From contig DAOTUC010000155.1 in the NCBI GenBank assembly GCA_034437315.1, positions 1 to 52,939 on the forward strand: DNA of 52,939 nt, given 5' to 3'. The DNA is from Anaerolineae bacterium. GTDB taxonomy: Bacteria > Chloroflexota > Anaerolineae > B4-G1. The notes beneath the pieces were generated by a model, which was not told the origin of the DNA, ran no database searches, and worked only from the letters and a program-made list of their open reading frames with translations. The stretch's first letter is position 1. Each line of letters opens with the position of its first letter. Made by a program: the position numbers and the translations under genes. Positions 1 through 7,682 of this stretch are shown here, one piece after another.

Positions 1-116
1 GGCCCGTACTAATTTCCTATGGCGCAAACTCGCCAAATCTGGTAAAACGAGGATGCTTCTAGATGTGAATGTGACCGTATGTGCATCCGATTGTTTAGCC
101 TCCTCCGAGGTGTTGT

Positions 117-878
117 ATGACGAAATACAAGCGGCTTCTGTTAGCTTTTGTTTCAGCGTTGAGTTGCCTCTGGATCGCTGCATCCTTCATCCAGGCCAAC
201 GCCTCCGCAACCACGACGCATCAAATCATCCTCAAGACCCACGTGCGCTTGCCCAGGGCGGCCGTCCCCAGCGGCTCGACCTCTCTGGATAGCGTCCTGG
301 AGGATTTCGACGTCCAATCGGCCGCGCCGCTGTTCGATCTTTCGCGCGGCGACGTGGAACTCAAGCGGGCGTTAGGGCTGGACAACGCCTACGTCGTCAC
401 CCTGAACCTGGAACCGGACGGCGACCTGCAGGATGCGCTCGACGCGCTCGCCGCCGACCCGGCCGTCGAATACGCCGAACCGGATTACGTCGGCTATGGC
501 GCCATGCTGCCCGATGACCGGTGGTTTGATTATCAATGGAATCTGAACAACACCGGTCAGAGCGGCGGTACGCCCGGCGCCGACATCGACGCGCCGGCGG
601 CGTGGGCGCTCACCCTCGGCGACCCGGCCACGATCATCGCCGTCATCGACACCGGCGCCGACCTGGACCATCCCATCACCCGCTCCGGCGGGTTGAGCGA
701 CACGCTGTCGCTGGCCTGGGATGCGCCCGGCGCGTACAGCGTGACCCTCGCCGCGTCCAATCTAAAAAAGGGAGAGGTTGAGTTCACATCGTGCTGCGTA
801 AGAGAATCCTATTCGCCATTGGCGCGATATTCGGTTCCCTGGTGCTGGTCCTGTACGCCGTGTCGCGCGTCATCCTGA
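117..878 (+). pseudogene. Subtilisin-like (S8) serine peptidase remnant: signal peptide, I9-like propeptide and Asp box only
   Basis: Signal peptide (LLLAFVSALSCLWIAASFIQA), propeptide-like AVEYAEPDYV and the S8 Asp block IIAVIDTGADLDHP are present. The His and Ser catalytic blocks are missing. After DHP the sequence switches to LSLAWDAPGAYSVTLAASN (looks like the end of a PKD/Ig-like repeat), then reads through the RBS and start of the next ORF with no stop of its own. Confidence 0.55.
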
Positions 879-1099
879 TCGGCAATTTCCAGGAACTGGA
901 GGAGCAATACGTCCGTCAGAATGTGGAGCGCGCCCGGAGCGCGCTCTTCGACGATTTGGACGCGCTGGACACGATGCTCTTCGACTGGGCTGCCTGGGAT
1001 AGCACCTACGTCTTCGTCCAGAACGTCAACGCGGCATACATCAACGCCAACCTGGTGGACGAGACGTTCACCAGCGCCCGGAAGGGAGCGCTGATATGA
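791..1099 (+). pseudogene. Sensor histidine kinase remnant (TM helix plus start of a CHASE4-like sensor domain, 102 aa)
   Basis: GTG start after GGGAGAGG. N-terminal TM helix, then FDWAAWDSTYVFVQN, typical of the start of CHASE4 sensor domains. No HisKA or HATPase region. The ORF ends ...TSARKGALI* overlapping (ATGA) the response-regulator start, as expected for an in-frame internal deletion that kept the kinase 5' and 3' ends. Confidence 0.5.
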
Positions 1100-1743
1100 C
1101 GACCATCGTCCTGGCAGACGACCATCACGTGGTGCGCAAAGGGATTCGAGCGTTGCTGGAGGCCGAGGCGGATTTCCGGCTCGTCGGCGAGGCCAGCGAC
1201 GGGTTAGAGACGGTTCAACTGGTCGAACGCCTGCGCCCGGATGTATTGGTGCTCGATCTGATGATGCCCGGCTTGAACGGCATTGAGGTCGCGCGGCAGG
1301 TGCGCCAGCGCTCGCCGGAGACGCAGGTCGTCATTCTCTCCATGCACGCCAACGACGACTACGTGCTGGAGGCGCTCCGGACGGGCGTCATCGGTTACGT
1401 CCTCAAGGAAGCCAGCATCTCGGAGTTGGTGGAGGCGGTGCACGACGCAGCCGCCGGCCGGCGATTCCTCAGCCCGGTGTTGGCCGAGCGGGCCATCGAC
1501 GCCTACGTCCGCCAAACCCAGGAAAGCGCCCTGGATCGCTACGAGACGCTGACCGACCGGGAGCGCGAGGTGCTCCACCTGGCGGCCGAGGGGCTGACCA
1601 ACGCCGAGGTCGCCGAGCGATTATGCATCAGCCGCCGCACCGTCGAGACCCATCGGAGCAATATGATGCGCAAGCTGAAACTGGAAAATCAGACCGACCT
1701 GGTGCGCTACGCCCTGCGGAAAGGCGTTATCACGCTAGAATAA
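1096..1743 (+). CDS. NarL/FixJ (LuxR-type HTH) two-component response regulator
   Basis: Receiver domain (IVLADDHHVVRKG, DVLVLDLMMPGLNG, ILSMH) followed by a LuxR HTH (LTDREREVLHLAAEGLTNAEVAERLCISRRTVETHRSNMMRKL). RBS GGAAGGGAG upstream of the ATG. Confidence 0.92.
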   Translation: MTTIVLADDHHVVRKGIRALLEAEADFRLVGEASDGLETVQLVERLRPDVLVLDLMMPGLNGIEVARQVRQRSPETQVVILSMHANDDYVLEALRTGVIGYVLKEASISELVEAVHDAAAGRRFLSPVLAERAIDAYVRQTQESALDRYETLTDREREVLHLAAEGLTNAEVAERLCISRRTVETHRSNMMRKLKLENQTDLVRYALRKGVITLE

Positions 1744-1764
1744 CAATTCAACTTACAACGTATC

Positions 1765-1801
1765 AGACCCTAAAGGTTTTCAAAACCTTTAGGGTCTTTT
1801 G
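1765..1801 (+). terminator. Rho-independent terminator after the response regulator
   Basis: Perfect 16-nt arms AGACCCTAAAGGTTTT / AAAACCTTTAGGGTCT followed by TTTT. Confidence 0.85.
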
Positions 1802-1810
1802 TATCCAGAA

Positions 1811-1847
1811 TTACGGGATTTTACGCTACAAATTACGTAGATTTACG
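1811..1847 (+). promoter_or_regulatory. Four phased TTACG motifs (candidate transcription-factor site array)
   Basis: TTACG at 1811, 1821, 1833 and 1843 (spacing 10/12/10 bp). They lie between the regulator's terminator and the TadE-like gene. Confidence 0.3.
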
Positions 1848-1963
1848 GAAGACAGCGCGGCGGGAATGGTATATCATGAGGGCAGCAACAGCAAGACGCT
1901 TACAATTATGTGAATCATTATCAGCAGCAGAAACTGATATACTCCAAGCCACGAGGTGACAAA

Positions 1964-3682
1964 ATGAAAGCCAAGCAAATGATCGAGAAAATCTTGACGC
2001 CCTCTCAACTATTTTGCCAGCTCAGGGGCTGGCTGAGGGGCTGTGTGGAGCGATGCAGACGCGGGCAGGGCCTGGTCGAGTTCGCCCTGATTTTGCCGCT
2101 GATGTTACTGGTTGTCCTGGGCATCGTTGAATTTGGCTACATTTTCACCGTCTACAGTGGGATTTTCAACGCTGCCCGCGAGGGCGCCCGCTACGGCGTC
2201 GTCGAACCGAAGGACGTCGTGGGGATCGTATCGCGCACCCGGGAGAAGATCCTACTGGCGGACCCCGACGCAGCCAGCATTGTCGTCGCCTACGATAGCG
2301 GCCCCAATACGACCATCTTCAACGACACGACTCAGGTGCAGCTTGGCGACCGGGTGCTCGTGCAGGTTGAGTATGACTTACCCACGATCACGCCGGTGAT
2401 TCAACCGATCATCTCCCGCTTGCCTATTGAGACCCAATCGGCCCGCACCATCGTCTCGCTGGGCGAAGATGTGGCCTGGAACCCCCAGCCTGGCGGCGGT
2501 GGGGGCGGAGGCGGCGGCGGCGACCCGGATCCCACCGATACCGACGGAGATGGGATTCCCGACGAATCGGACAACTGCCCCCTGGTCTTCAATCCCGACC
2601 AGACCGATACAGACGGGGACGGCGTGGGCGACGATTGCGACAACTGCACCCTGGTCCATAACCCTGACCAGGCTGACGGCAACGGCGACGCTTGCGAGGT
2701 CGCGATCTCTATCATCGCCTCGGTCGATCCAGAGACGGTGGAATCGGGTGAAGAGGCGGTATTCAGCTACCTCGTCTCCAACATCGGCACATTCGACCTG
2801 ACCGGCGTCGTCATCGAGGATACGCTGGGCAACACCATCAACGTTGGCGATCTGACCGCCGGCGCCAGCGGTGCGTGGAACGTCTCCCACGTCATCACAG
2901 AGACGACAACCAGCATTGCTACAGTGACCGGCGTCGATGTGGAAAATGGGAACACAGCCAGCGACACCGACAGCGCCACGGTCGAGGTCGCCGGCCCGGG
3001 CGTCGACCTGACCGTCACGGCGTCGGCGCTGACCGTCACTTCCGGCGAGATCGTCACCCTGACCTACACGGTCCAGAACAGCGGCGATTACGGCCTGGAT
3101 AGTCTCAACGTCTGGGATAACCTGGGCGCGAGCTTCACCTACGGCGCGCTGGACGTGGGCCAGACTGTCTTCTGGCGCGTGCCCTACCGGGTCTACTCGA
3201 CGACGTTGGTCTACGTGACGGCCGAGGGGGTGAGCGCGGAAGGTACGGCGACCGACAACGAGGGGGTCACCATCCACGTGGTCGAGGTATTCGACCCCAT
3301 CGTGATCCACGAACCGCTTCTCTCCGGCGCGACGGTGGTGACCGGCGTGGCCCACGCCGGGGCGACGGTGTACATCCGCGACCTGATGAGCGACACCTTC
3401 CCCTCGACGGGCGTCACCGTGCAGGCGGACGGCCTGTTCGAGTTTGCGAACCTGCCGCCGCTGGTCGCCGGGCACGTCATCGTGGTAGAGGGGTACAACG
3501 AGTGGGATTCGGCGCTGGTGGGCGCGGCGGATGGGACGTTCGAGCCGATCGACATCGACGAAACGAATCTACCACACCTACGGGTTGAACAATGTGGTCT
3601 ATCTGCCGTTGGTGATGAGAGCAGGAGGAGGTTAAAATGGCCGGTGAGGAGAGACAAAGCAAATGGTTTCCTATTCTATTGA
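1964..3682 (+). CDS. TadE-like pseudopilin N-terminus fused to thrombospondin type-3 repeats and Ig-like (DUF11/CARDB-like) repeats; large surface protein
   Basis: [28 protein letters not shown] is a TadE/Flp-pilus pseudopilin-type N-terminus. It is followed by a poly-Gly tract, [45 protein letters not shown] (TSP3 calcium-binding repeats) and repeated beta-rich segments. I prefer the ATG at 1964 over the GTG at 1910. The last ~15 codons overlap the next gene and may not be real. Confidence 0.7.
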   Translation: MKAKQMIEKILTPSQLFCQLRGWLRGCVERCRRGQGLVEFALILPLMLLVVLGIVEFGYIFTVYSGIFNAAREGARYGVVEPKDVVGIVSRTREKILLADPDAASIVVAYDSGPNTTIFNDTTQVQLGDRVLVQVEYDLPTITPVIQPIISRLPIETQSARTIVSLGEDVAWNPQPGGGGGGGGGGDPDPTDTDGDGIPDESDNCPLVFNPDQTDTDGDGVGDDCDNCTLVHNPDQADGNGDACEVAISIIASVDPETVESGEEAVFSYLVSNIGTFDLTGVVIEDTLGNTINVGDLTAGASGAWNVSHVITETTTSIATVTGVDVENGNTASDTDSATVEVAGPGVDLTVTASALTVTSGEIVTLTYTVQNSGDYGLDSLNVWDNLGASFTYGALDVGQTVFWRVPYRVYSTTLVYVTAEGVSAEGTATDNEGVTIHVVEVFDPIVIHEPLLSGATVVTGVAHAGATVYIRDLMSDTFPSTGVTVQADGLFEFANLPPLVAGHVIVVEGYNEWDSALVGAADGTFEPIDIDETNLPHLRVEQCGLSAVGDESRRRLKWPVRRDKANGFLFY

Positions 3683-4296
3683 GCATTGGGCTGGCGCTGA
3701 ACCTCGCGCTGATCGGCTGGTTAATCTACCTGTTTTTGGATGGGAGGCAGGCTGATTCCCATGCAGCCTCGGCGGCGCGATCCCGTCCTGTTGTGGAGGA
3801 GGAGGCGACGCTCGATTTGTGGGACGCTTACGCACAGGCCGTGGTCGCCGCCCGCGCCCAGGCGGACGACGTCGGGTTGGTCTCCGCCTCGACGTATTGG
3901 CAGGTCGTCGACGGTCGGTCGCCGGCCGAGACGAACAATCGTTGGTCGTTCGTCTTCTATTCGCCGACAGATCATTATTCCCTTGACGTCGTAGTCGATG
4001 TCGATGAGGCTTACGTGGTCAACCAGACCCGCGTCTGGAAAGCGCCCAATTTGTTATCGCCGGGCCGTTGGGAGGCCGGGCCGAAGGAGGCTTTACAGGT
4101 CTTCTTCGCCTACGGCGGGCAATCGTTTGTCGATAATCAGCATCAGCATCAGCAGGCCCAGACGACGATCGACCTCCACCTGGCGGCTGGCAAAGAGGGG
4201 CGCGCGGTGTGGACCATCGTCGCCCTGGATCCGGCGGCGGGCGATCCCCTGGCGATCTCAATCGACGCGGAGACCCGGCGCGTGATATCGGGGTGA
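3637..4296 (+). CDS. Membrane-anchored hypothetical protein (single N-terminal TM)
   Basis: Strong RBS AGGAGGAGG before the ATG. TM helix [23 protein letters not shown]. No motif recognised in the extracytoplasmic part. Confidence 0.6.
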   Translation: MAGEERQSKWFPILLSIGLALNLALIGWLIYLFLDGRQADSHAASAARSRPVVEEEATLDLWDAYAQAVVAARAQADDVGLVSASTYWQVVDGRSPAETNNRWSFVFYSPTDHYSLDVVVDVDEAYVVNQTRVWKAPNLLSPGRWEAGPKEALQVFFAYGGQSFVDNQHQHQQAQTTIDLHLAAGKEGRAVWTIVALDPAAGDPLAISIDAETRRVISG

Positions 4297-4364
4297 TGTT
4301 TGTGGAGCAGGTTTGTCAAACGCATTTGGAATGAGCTAACGCCGTCAGGCATAGGAGGTGTGAG

Positions 4365-5162
4365 ATGAAAGGTAAGCAGAAGGGAACACAACGGGAAAAG
4401 GGACAAAGCCTGGCTGAATTTGCCATCGTGCTTCCTTTTTTAGGGGCGTCGGCCTCCGCCCTGGCGGTGACGGGACCGCCGCTTATGGCGACCGGGGGGT
4501 TGCGTCCCTTCGGCGTGCCCCATGACGTAGTCAAAGATTTGAACCCGGACGACGACGCGAACAACACGTTTACGGTCAAATTTAGTCTTCATGGCGGTTC
4601 GATTGAATGGGGGGATGGCAATCTGGCTCAGCACCGGGGATGGATGAATATGAATTACGTGTGGAATAATAGCGAGGCCCCGACCTTCCCCAGGGCCATC
4701 AAGAAAAGCTCTAATGCGGCTGATATGAAGGAATGGATGGAGAACGGTTGGGATGGGACGATTTACATCGACTGTCTGTGGAATGATGGGTGCGCCAACG
4801 GCGACTTTATCCCAGCCATGCCCGGTCAAATACAAAGCGCTGTCTGCCAGGCGCCCGAAGATCCGATCCAGATCACCATCCCGGTCTACGACATCGTCGC
4901 CGAATGTGGGACTGAGATCCCCGACCCGAAACCTGACTGCCCAGTTCAGGGTGGTCAGGGTAGTGGTTCATTCGCTTACCACATCGTCGGCATTGCCTCC
5001 GTCAGGATCATCGAATGCGGCAGCGCTAACGAAAGTAGGCTGACGATAGAACTGGACCGGCTGGTGACCGGAGAGGGCATGCCGAACATCAGCGAGCATA
5101 CCGGTTTCGGCGGTTCCCAGGCCTGCGTCGGCGCGTACCAGGTCGTAAACTTGCGCAAATAG
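4365..5162 (+). CDS. TadE/TadG-like (Flp pilus assembly N-terminal motif) secreted protein
   Basis: RBS AGGAGG. N-terminus KGQSLAEFAIVLPFL matches the TadE/G-like motif, but the hydrophobic segment is unusually short. The C-terminal part is Cys/Trp-rich with no recognised catalytic motif. Confidence 0.5.
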   Translation: MKGKQKGTQREKGQSLAEFAIVLPFLGASASALAVTGPPLMATGGLRPFGVPHDVVKDLNPDDDANNTFTVKFSLHGGSIEWGDGNLAQHRGWMNMNYVWNNSEAPTFPRAIKKSSNAADMKEWMENGWDGTIYIDCLWNDGCANGDFIPAMPGQIQSAVCQAPEDPIQITIPVYDIVAECGTEIPDPKPDCPVQGGQGSGSFAYHIVGIASVRIIECGSANESRLTIELDRLVTGEGMPNISEHTGFGGSQACVGAYQVVNLRK

Positions 5163-5184
5163 AAGAGCGGGGCTTAGATACAAC

Positions 5185-5216
5185 GCGGGCGGCGACTGTT
5201 GTGGGTCGCCGCCCGC
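5185..5216. terminator. GC-rich hairpin between convergent genes
   Basis: GCGGGCGGCGAC / GTCGCCGCCCGC, a 12-bp stem with an 8-nt loop, followed by TTCGTTT on the + strand. Confidence 0.55.
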
Positions 5217-5238
5217 TTCGTTTAACCACCACAGGCGC

Positions 5239-5478
5239 TCAATCGCGCTCTTGCCCCACCCAGAAGTGATGGCGCAATACGGCGGGGGACGGCGCGACGC
5301 ACACCTCGCCGACTTGCTGCTCGTCGCCGATTCCGTTCCCGCCCAGCATCGAAGGATGAACGTAACACACGTTGGGGGAAGCGCCGTATTTCTGCTGATA
5401 CCGTCGCGCCGCCCGCGCCACCTTCTCTGCCAGATCCCGCCCGGGGTTATCGTCAAACCACAGTAAGCCTTCCCTCAT
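5239..5478 (-). CDS. Small conserved-looking hypothetical protein (79 aa), last gene of the LexA-box operon
   Basis: RBS GGAGGTAGGAAATG. No motif recognised (LLWFDDNPGRDLAEKVARAARRYQQKYG...). Confidence 0.55.
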   Translation of the reverse strand: MREGLLWFDDNPGRDLAEKVARAARRYQQKYGASPNVCYVHPSMLGGNGIGDEQQVGEVCVAPSPAVLRHHFWVGQERD

Positions 5479-5494
5479 TTCCTACCTCCGTTTC

Positions 5495-5842
5495 CTACCT
5501 CCGTCCTCGTCGTCCGGACGGCCCCAGGATGTGCCACGTATTGTGTTGCACGTCCTGGTAAATCTCGAAGGCGCCTGCGCGCCGGTTGTGGGCGGGTCCG
5601 TACTCACAACGCACACGGAAACGGTGCTGCTCCACGTCCCCCCGCCAACCCGATTGTTTGACCGTCCAGCAACGTTCCACCGCCCGCACGTCGTAACGCA
5701 TCCCCCGCCAGACGAAGACCTGGGGGAAATAGCCGTGCCGGCGTTCTTGCATCTCAATCGCCTCGACGCCGTCCTTCTGCTGGCGCATCCGGCTGCGCTG
5801 ACTCGAACGGTATCCTACCACGGCATCAAGAATAGCGCTCAT
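5495..5842 (-). CDS. Hypothetical protein (~115 aa), third gene of the LexA-box operon
   Basis: The ORF track gives 5495..5854. The internal ATG at 5842 is preceded by GGAGGAtacg and is preferred. Trp/Arg-rich core (FVWRGMRYDVRAVERCW...HRFRVRC...FEIYQDVQHNTWHIL) with no function I can name. Confidence 0.5.
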   Translation of the reverse strand: MSAILDAVVGYRSSQRSRMRQQKDGVEAIEMQERRHGYFPQVFVWRGMRYDVRAVERCWTVKQSGWRGDVEQHRFRVRCEYGPAHNRRAGAFEIYQDVQHNTWHILGPSGRRGRR

Positions 5843-6254
5843 CGTATCCTCCATTTCTTTTCATTGACATACCTCCCTGCGGCCCACCCCCGCCTCCCAC
5901 GACTGTGAATTGCCGTTCCGTTGGCGCTGTCATCGAAGCATACGGGGCGCGCCAATCGCCGGTCGATGGGCTATGCCCCGGCGGCGCCACCACGACCACC
6001 GGCGGATACGGCGCTTGGGCCGCCTGGGCGCGCGTCTGGGGCTCCTCACGGCGGCGGCTGACCGCGACGATCAACAAACTCGTCGGGATCGCCGCGCCCA
6101 CGCCGCACACCGCCCCCGCCAGGACGGATAGCGCCTCGTCGCTCAACCGGTTTCCGACGACCCAGGCCAAGGTCACGATGAAGGCGAGCGTCGCGATTAC
6201 GGCGAAAATTTTCAGGCGCGCCAAACGATCGGCGGACGATCTGTTTTCATTCAT
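5826..6254 (-). CDS. Two-TM membrane protein with Pro-rich linker (142 aa), second gene of the LexA-box operon
   Basis: RBS GAGGTGAT. TM helices IFAVIATLAFIVTLAWVV and LAGAVCGVGAAIPTSLLIVAV, then PYPPVVVVAPPGHSP and a Gly-rich tail. Confidence 0.6.
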   Translation of the reverse strand: MNENRSSADRLARLKIFAVIATLAFIVTLAWVVGNRLSDEALSVLAGAVCGVGAAIPTSLLIVAVSRRREEPQTRAQAAQAPYPPVVVVAPPGHSPSTGDWRAPYASMTAPTERQFTVVGGGGGPQGGMSMKRNGGYDERYS

Positions 6255-6271
6255 CTAATCACCTCTTCAAC

Positions 6272-6341
6272 TTCTTATTCCCTGTCTCTTATTCCCTGTC
6301 TCTTATTCCGCGCCTCTTATCCCCTGCCTCTTACTCCGCCG
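6272..6341. repeat. 14-bp tandem repeat x5 (CTCTTATTCCCTGT consensus on the + strand)
   Basis: Units at 6272, 6286, 6300, 6314 and 6328. The array spans the stop codon of the FtsK-like gene and the gap before the membrane-protein gene. Every unit carries TAA plus AGAG(G/A) on the coding (minus) strand. Confidence 0.85.
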
Positions 6342-7480
6342 GTTTGGGGTCTAGCACGATAGGCGTTTGAGACTTCTGACAGCGAACCTGCGGGAGGTTG
6401 CGCTTCGACCGTCCACGGTTGGCCGACAATGCGCTGCACGACGCCTTGAATTTCCTCGGGCGAGACGTGGGCCGCCTGGAAGCGGATCAATCGCCCCTCG
6501 GCCACAGCCAGGAAATCCCCCCGGCCCATCAAGCGCTCCGCGCCCGTCCCGCTCCACCCGGCGGCGGTGCGCGCGTCCGACGCGCTGCTGACCCGTCCCA
6601 CCAGCCGCACCGGGAAATTCGCCTTGATTAACGGCCCCAGGACAGACGTGGTCGGTTTCTGCGTCGCCGCCACGATGTGGATGCCGACCTCGCGCCCGCG
6701 CTGCGTCAACCGGGTCAGCGCGCGCTCGACCTCCTTGCCGCCGACCATCAACAGGTCGGCCAACTCGTCGATGAAGACAGCGACGTGCGGCGACGCCGGC
6801 GATTGTCCATTGACGCTGCTCCGTCGCTCCATCAACCGCACCAGGCTGCGCAAGACCTCCGTTGTCTCTTCGATCTGCCAGATGACGGGGCGCGCCAGGT
6901 GAGGCAAGCCCTCGAAAAGTCGGAATGCGCGCCGCTTGGGGTCGATCAACACCAACGAGATCCCGGCGGCGGAAGCAGTGGAGAGAAAAGGGCGATACGG
7001 CTCGTTCCCCATCGCCAGGCTGAGGATCATCGATTGCATCAATATCGTCTTGCCGGAACCGGTAGCGCCGGCGACCAGGATGTGCGCCACGTCTGGCGAG
7101 GGCAGCCGGATCAGCAAGGGCGCGCCGTCCTCCGAGAGGCCCAGGAGCGCTGTCGCGGGCGGAAAGGGGGGGGTATCACCCGGTTGATCGACCAATTGGC
7201 GGAATAGCGGCAACAGGCGCACCGGTTGCGGGTCGTTGCGCGGCACTTCAATGGCGATCGCCGACCCCCGCCGAGACACACGGCAGTCCGGCGCGTCCAG
7301 CGCGGCCGCCAGCTCCTCATTCAAACGCTTGATCTTGGAGATCTTGGCCCCGATGGCGGGCAGCACCTTGAAGCGAATCCAGCGGGGCGTCACTGTCCCG
7401 CCGGAGACTCGCGCCGGCACCTTGTGCACGTTGAGCACCGCTTCGATTCTGTCGGCCTGAAAATTTAGCATATCGCGCAT
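6317..7480 (-). CDS. Soluble FtsK/SpoIIIE-family DNA-translocase-like ATPase (387 aa, no TM domain, no gamma domain)
   Basis: FtsK alpha-like N-terminus (VTPRWIRFKVLPAIGAKISKIKRLNEELAAAL), Walker A LVAGATGSGKT, Walker B VAVFIDELADL, and IHIVAATQKPTTSV...RLVGRVSSASDAR. RBS AGAGG. Confidence 0.85.
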   Translation of the reverse strand: MRDMLNFQADRIEAVLNVHKVPARVSGGTVTPRWIRFKVLPAIGAKISKIKRLNEELAAALDAPDCRVSRRGSAIAIEVPRNDPQPVRLLPLFRQLVDQPGDTPPFPPATALLGLSEDGAPLLIRLPSPDVAHILVAGATGSGKTILMQSMILSLAMGNEPYRPFLSTASAAGISLVLIDPKRRAFRLFEGLPHLARPVIWQIEETTEVLRSLVRLMERRSSVNGQSPASPHVAVFIDELADLLMVGGKEVERALTRLTQRGREVGIHIVAATQKPTTSVLGPLIKANFPVRLVGRVSSASDARTAAGWSGTGAERLMGRGDFLAVAEGRLIRFQAAHVSPEEIQGVVQRIVGQPWTVEAQPPAGSLSEVSNAYRARPQTGGVRGRG

Positions 7481-7512
7481 CTTTTTACCTCTTTAGAGAG
7501 TTGTCCAACGAC

Positions 7513-7587
7513 AATTATAATTGCCCTGACCACCGTCCCGGGGGCGCTAATTGGCCCCGAGGACGGGCCCCTGAGCGAATAGTCTCT
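7513..7587 (+). repeat. ~85-bp palindromic intergenic repeat, copy 1 (divergent, lacks the T-rich segment)
   Basis: AATTATAATTGCCCTGACCACCGTCCCGGGGGCGCTAATTGGCCCCGAGGACGGGCCCCTGAGCGAATAGTCTCT aligns with the copies at 17889, 27774 (inverted) and 43426. Confidence 0.85.
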
Positions 7588-7682
7588 TTCTCTCTCTTTC
7601 TCTTTTTCTTTACGGGATTTTCGGATTCTTCCGTCTCGCCCCCAAACGGACAATAGTCCGCCGCCAGGCGCGCATCAGGATG

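Noticed and set aside
2378-3475. Long antisense or alternative-frame ORFs. Examples: 2378-3475 (-), 10318-11772 (+), 21318-22580 (-), 29642-30577 (-), 36209-37099 (-), 39748-40803 (-), 45846-46574 (-), 49688-50491 (-).
   Set aside because: All lie entirely inside genes with clear family motifs on the other strand or frame. Their translations are Arg/Gly/Pro/Ala-rich low-complexity sequence, as expected for shadow ORFs in high-GC DNA.
6272-6341. Possibility that the short tandem repeat arrays (also 30991-31031 and 38786-38833) are CRISPR arrays.
   Set aside because: The units are 13-16 bp and directly abutting, with no unique spacers. There are no cas genes in the window.
5239-7480. FtsK-like operon as part of an integrative conjugative element or prophage.
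   Set aside because: There is no integrase, relaxase, replication or capsid gene and no att-like repeat, and the only tRNA is 5.6 kb away with housekeeping genes in between. The idea is not excluded as a domesticated remnant, so it is kept as an alternative hypothesis in the finding rather than as a feature.
7465-7653. 62-aa ORF upstream of the FtsK-like gene.
   Set aside because: It is made up of the 85-bp repeat copy plus a CT-rich tract (translated as KEKEKERER). It has no RBS and lies in the predicted 5' UTR.
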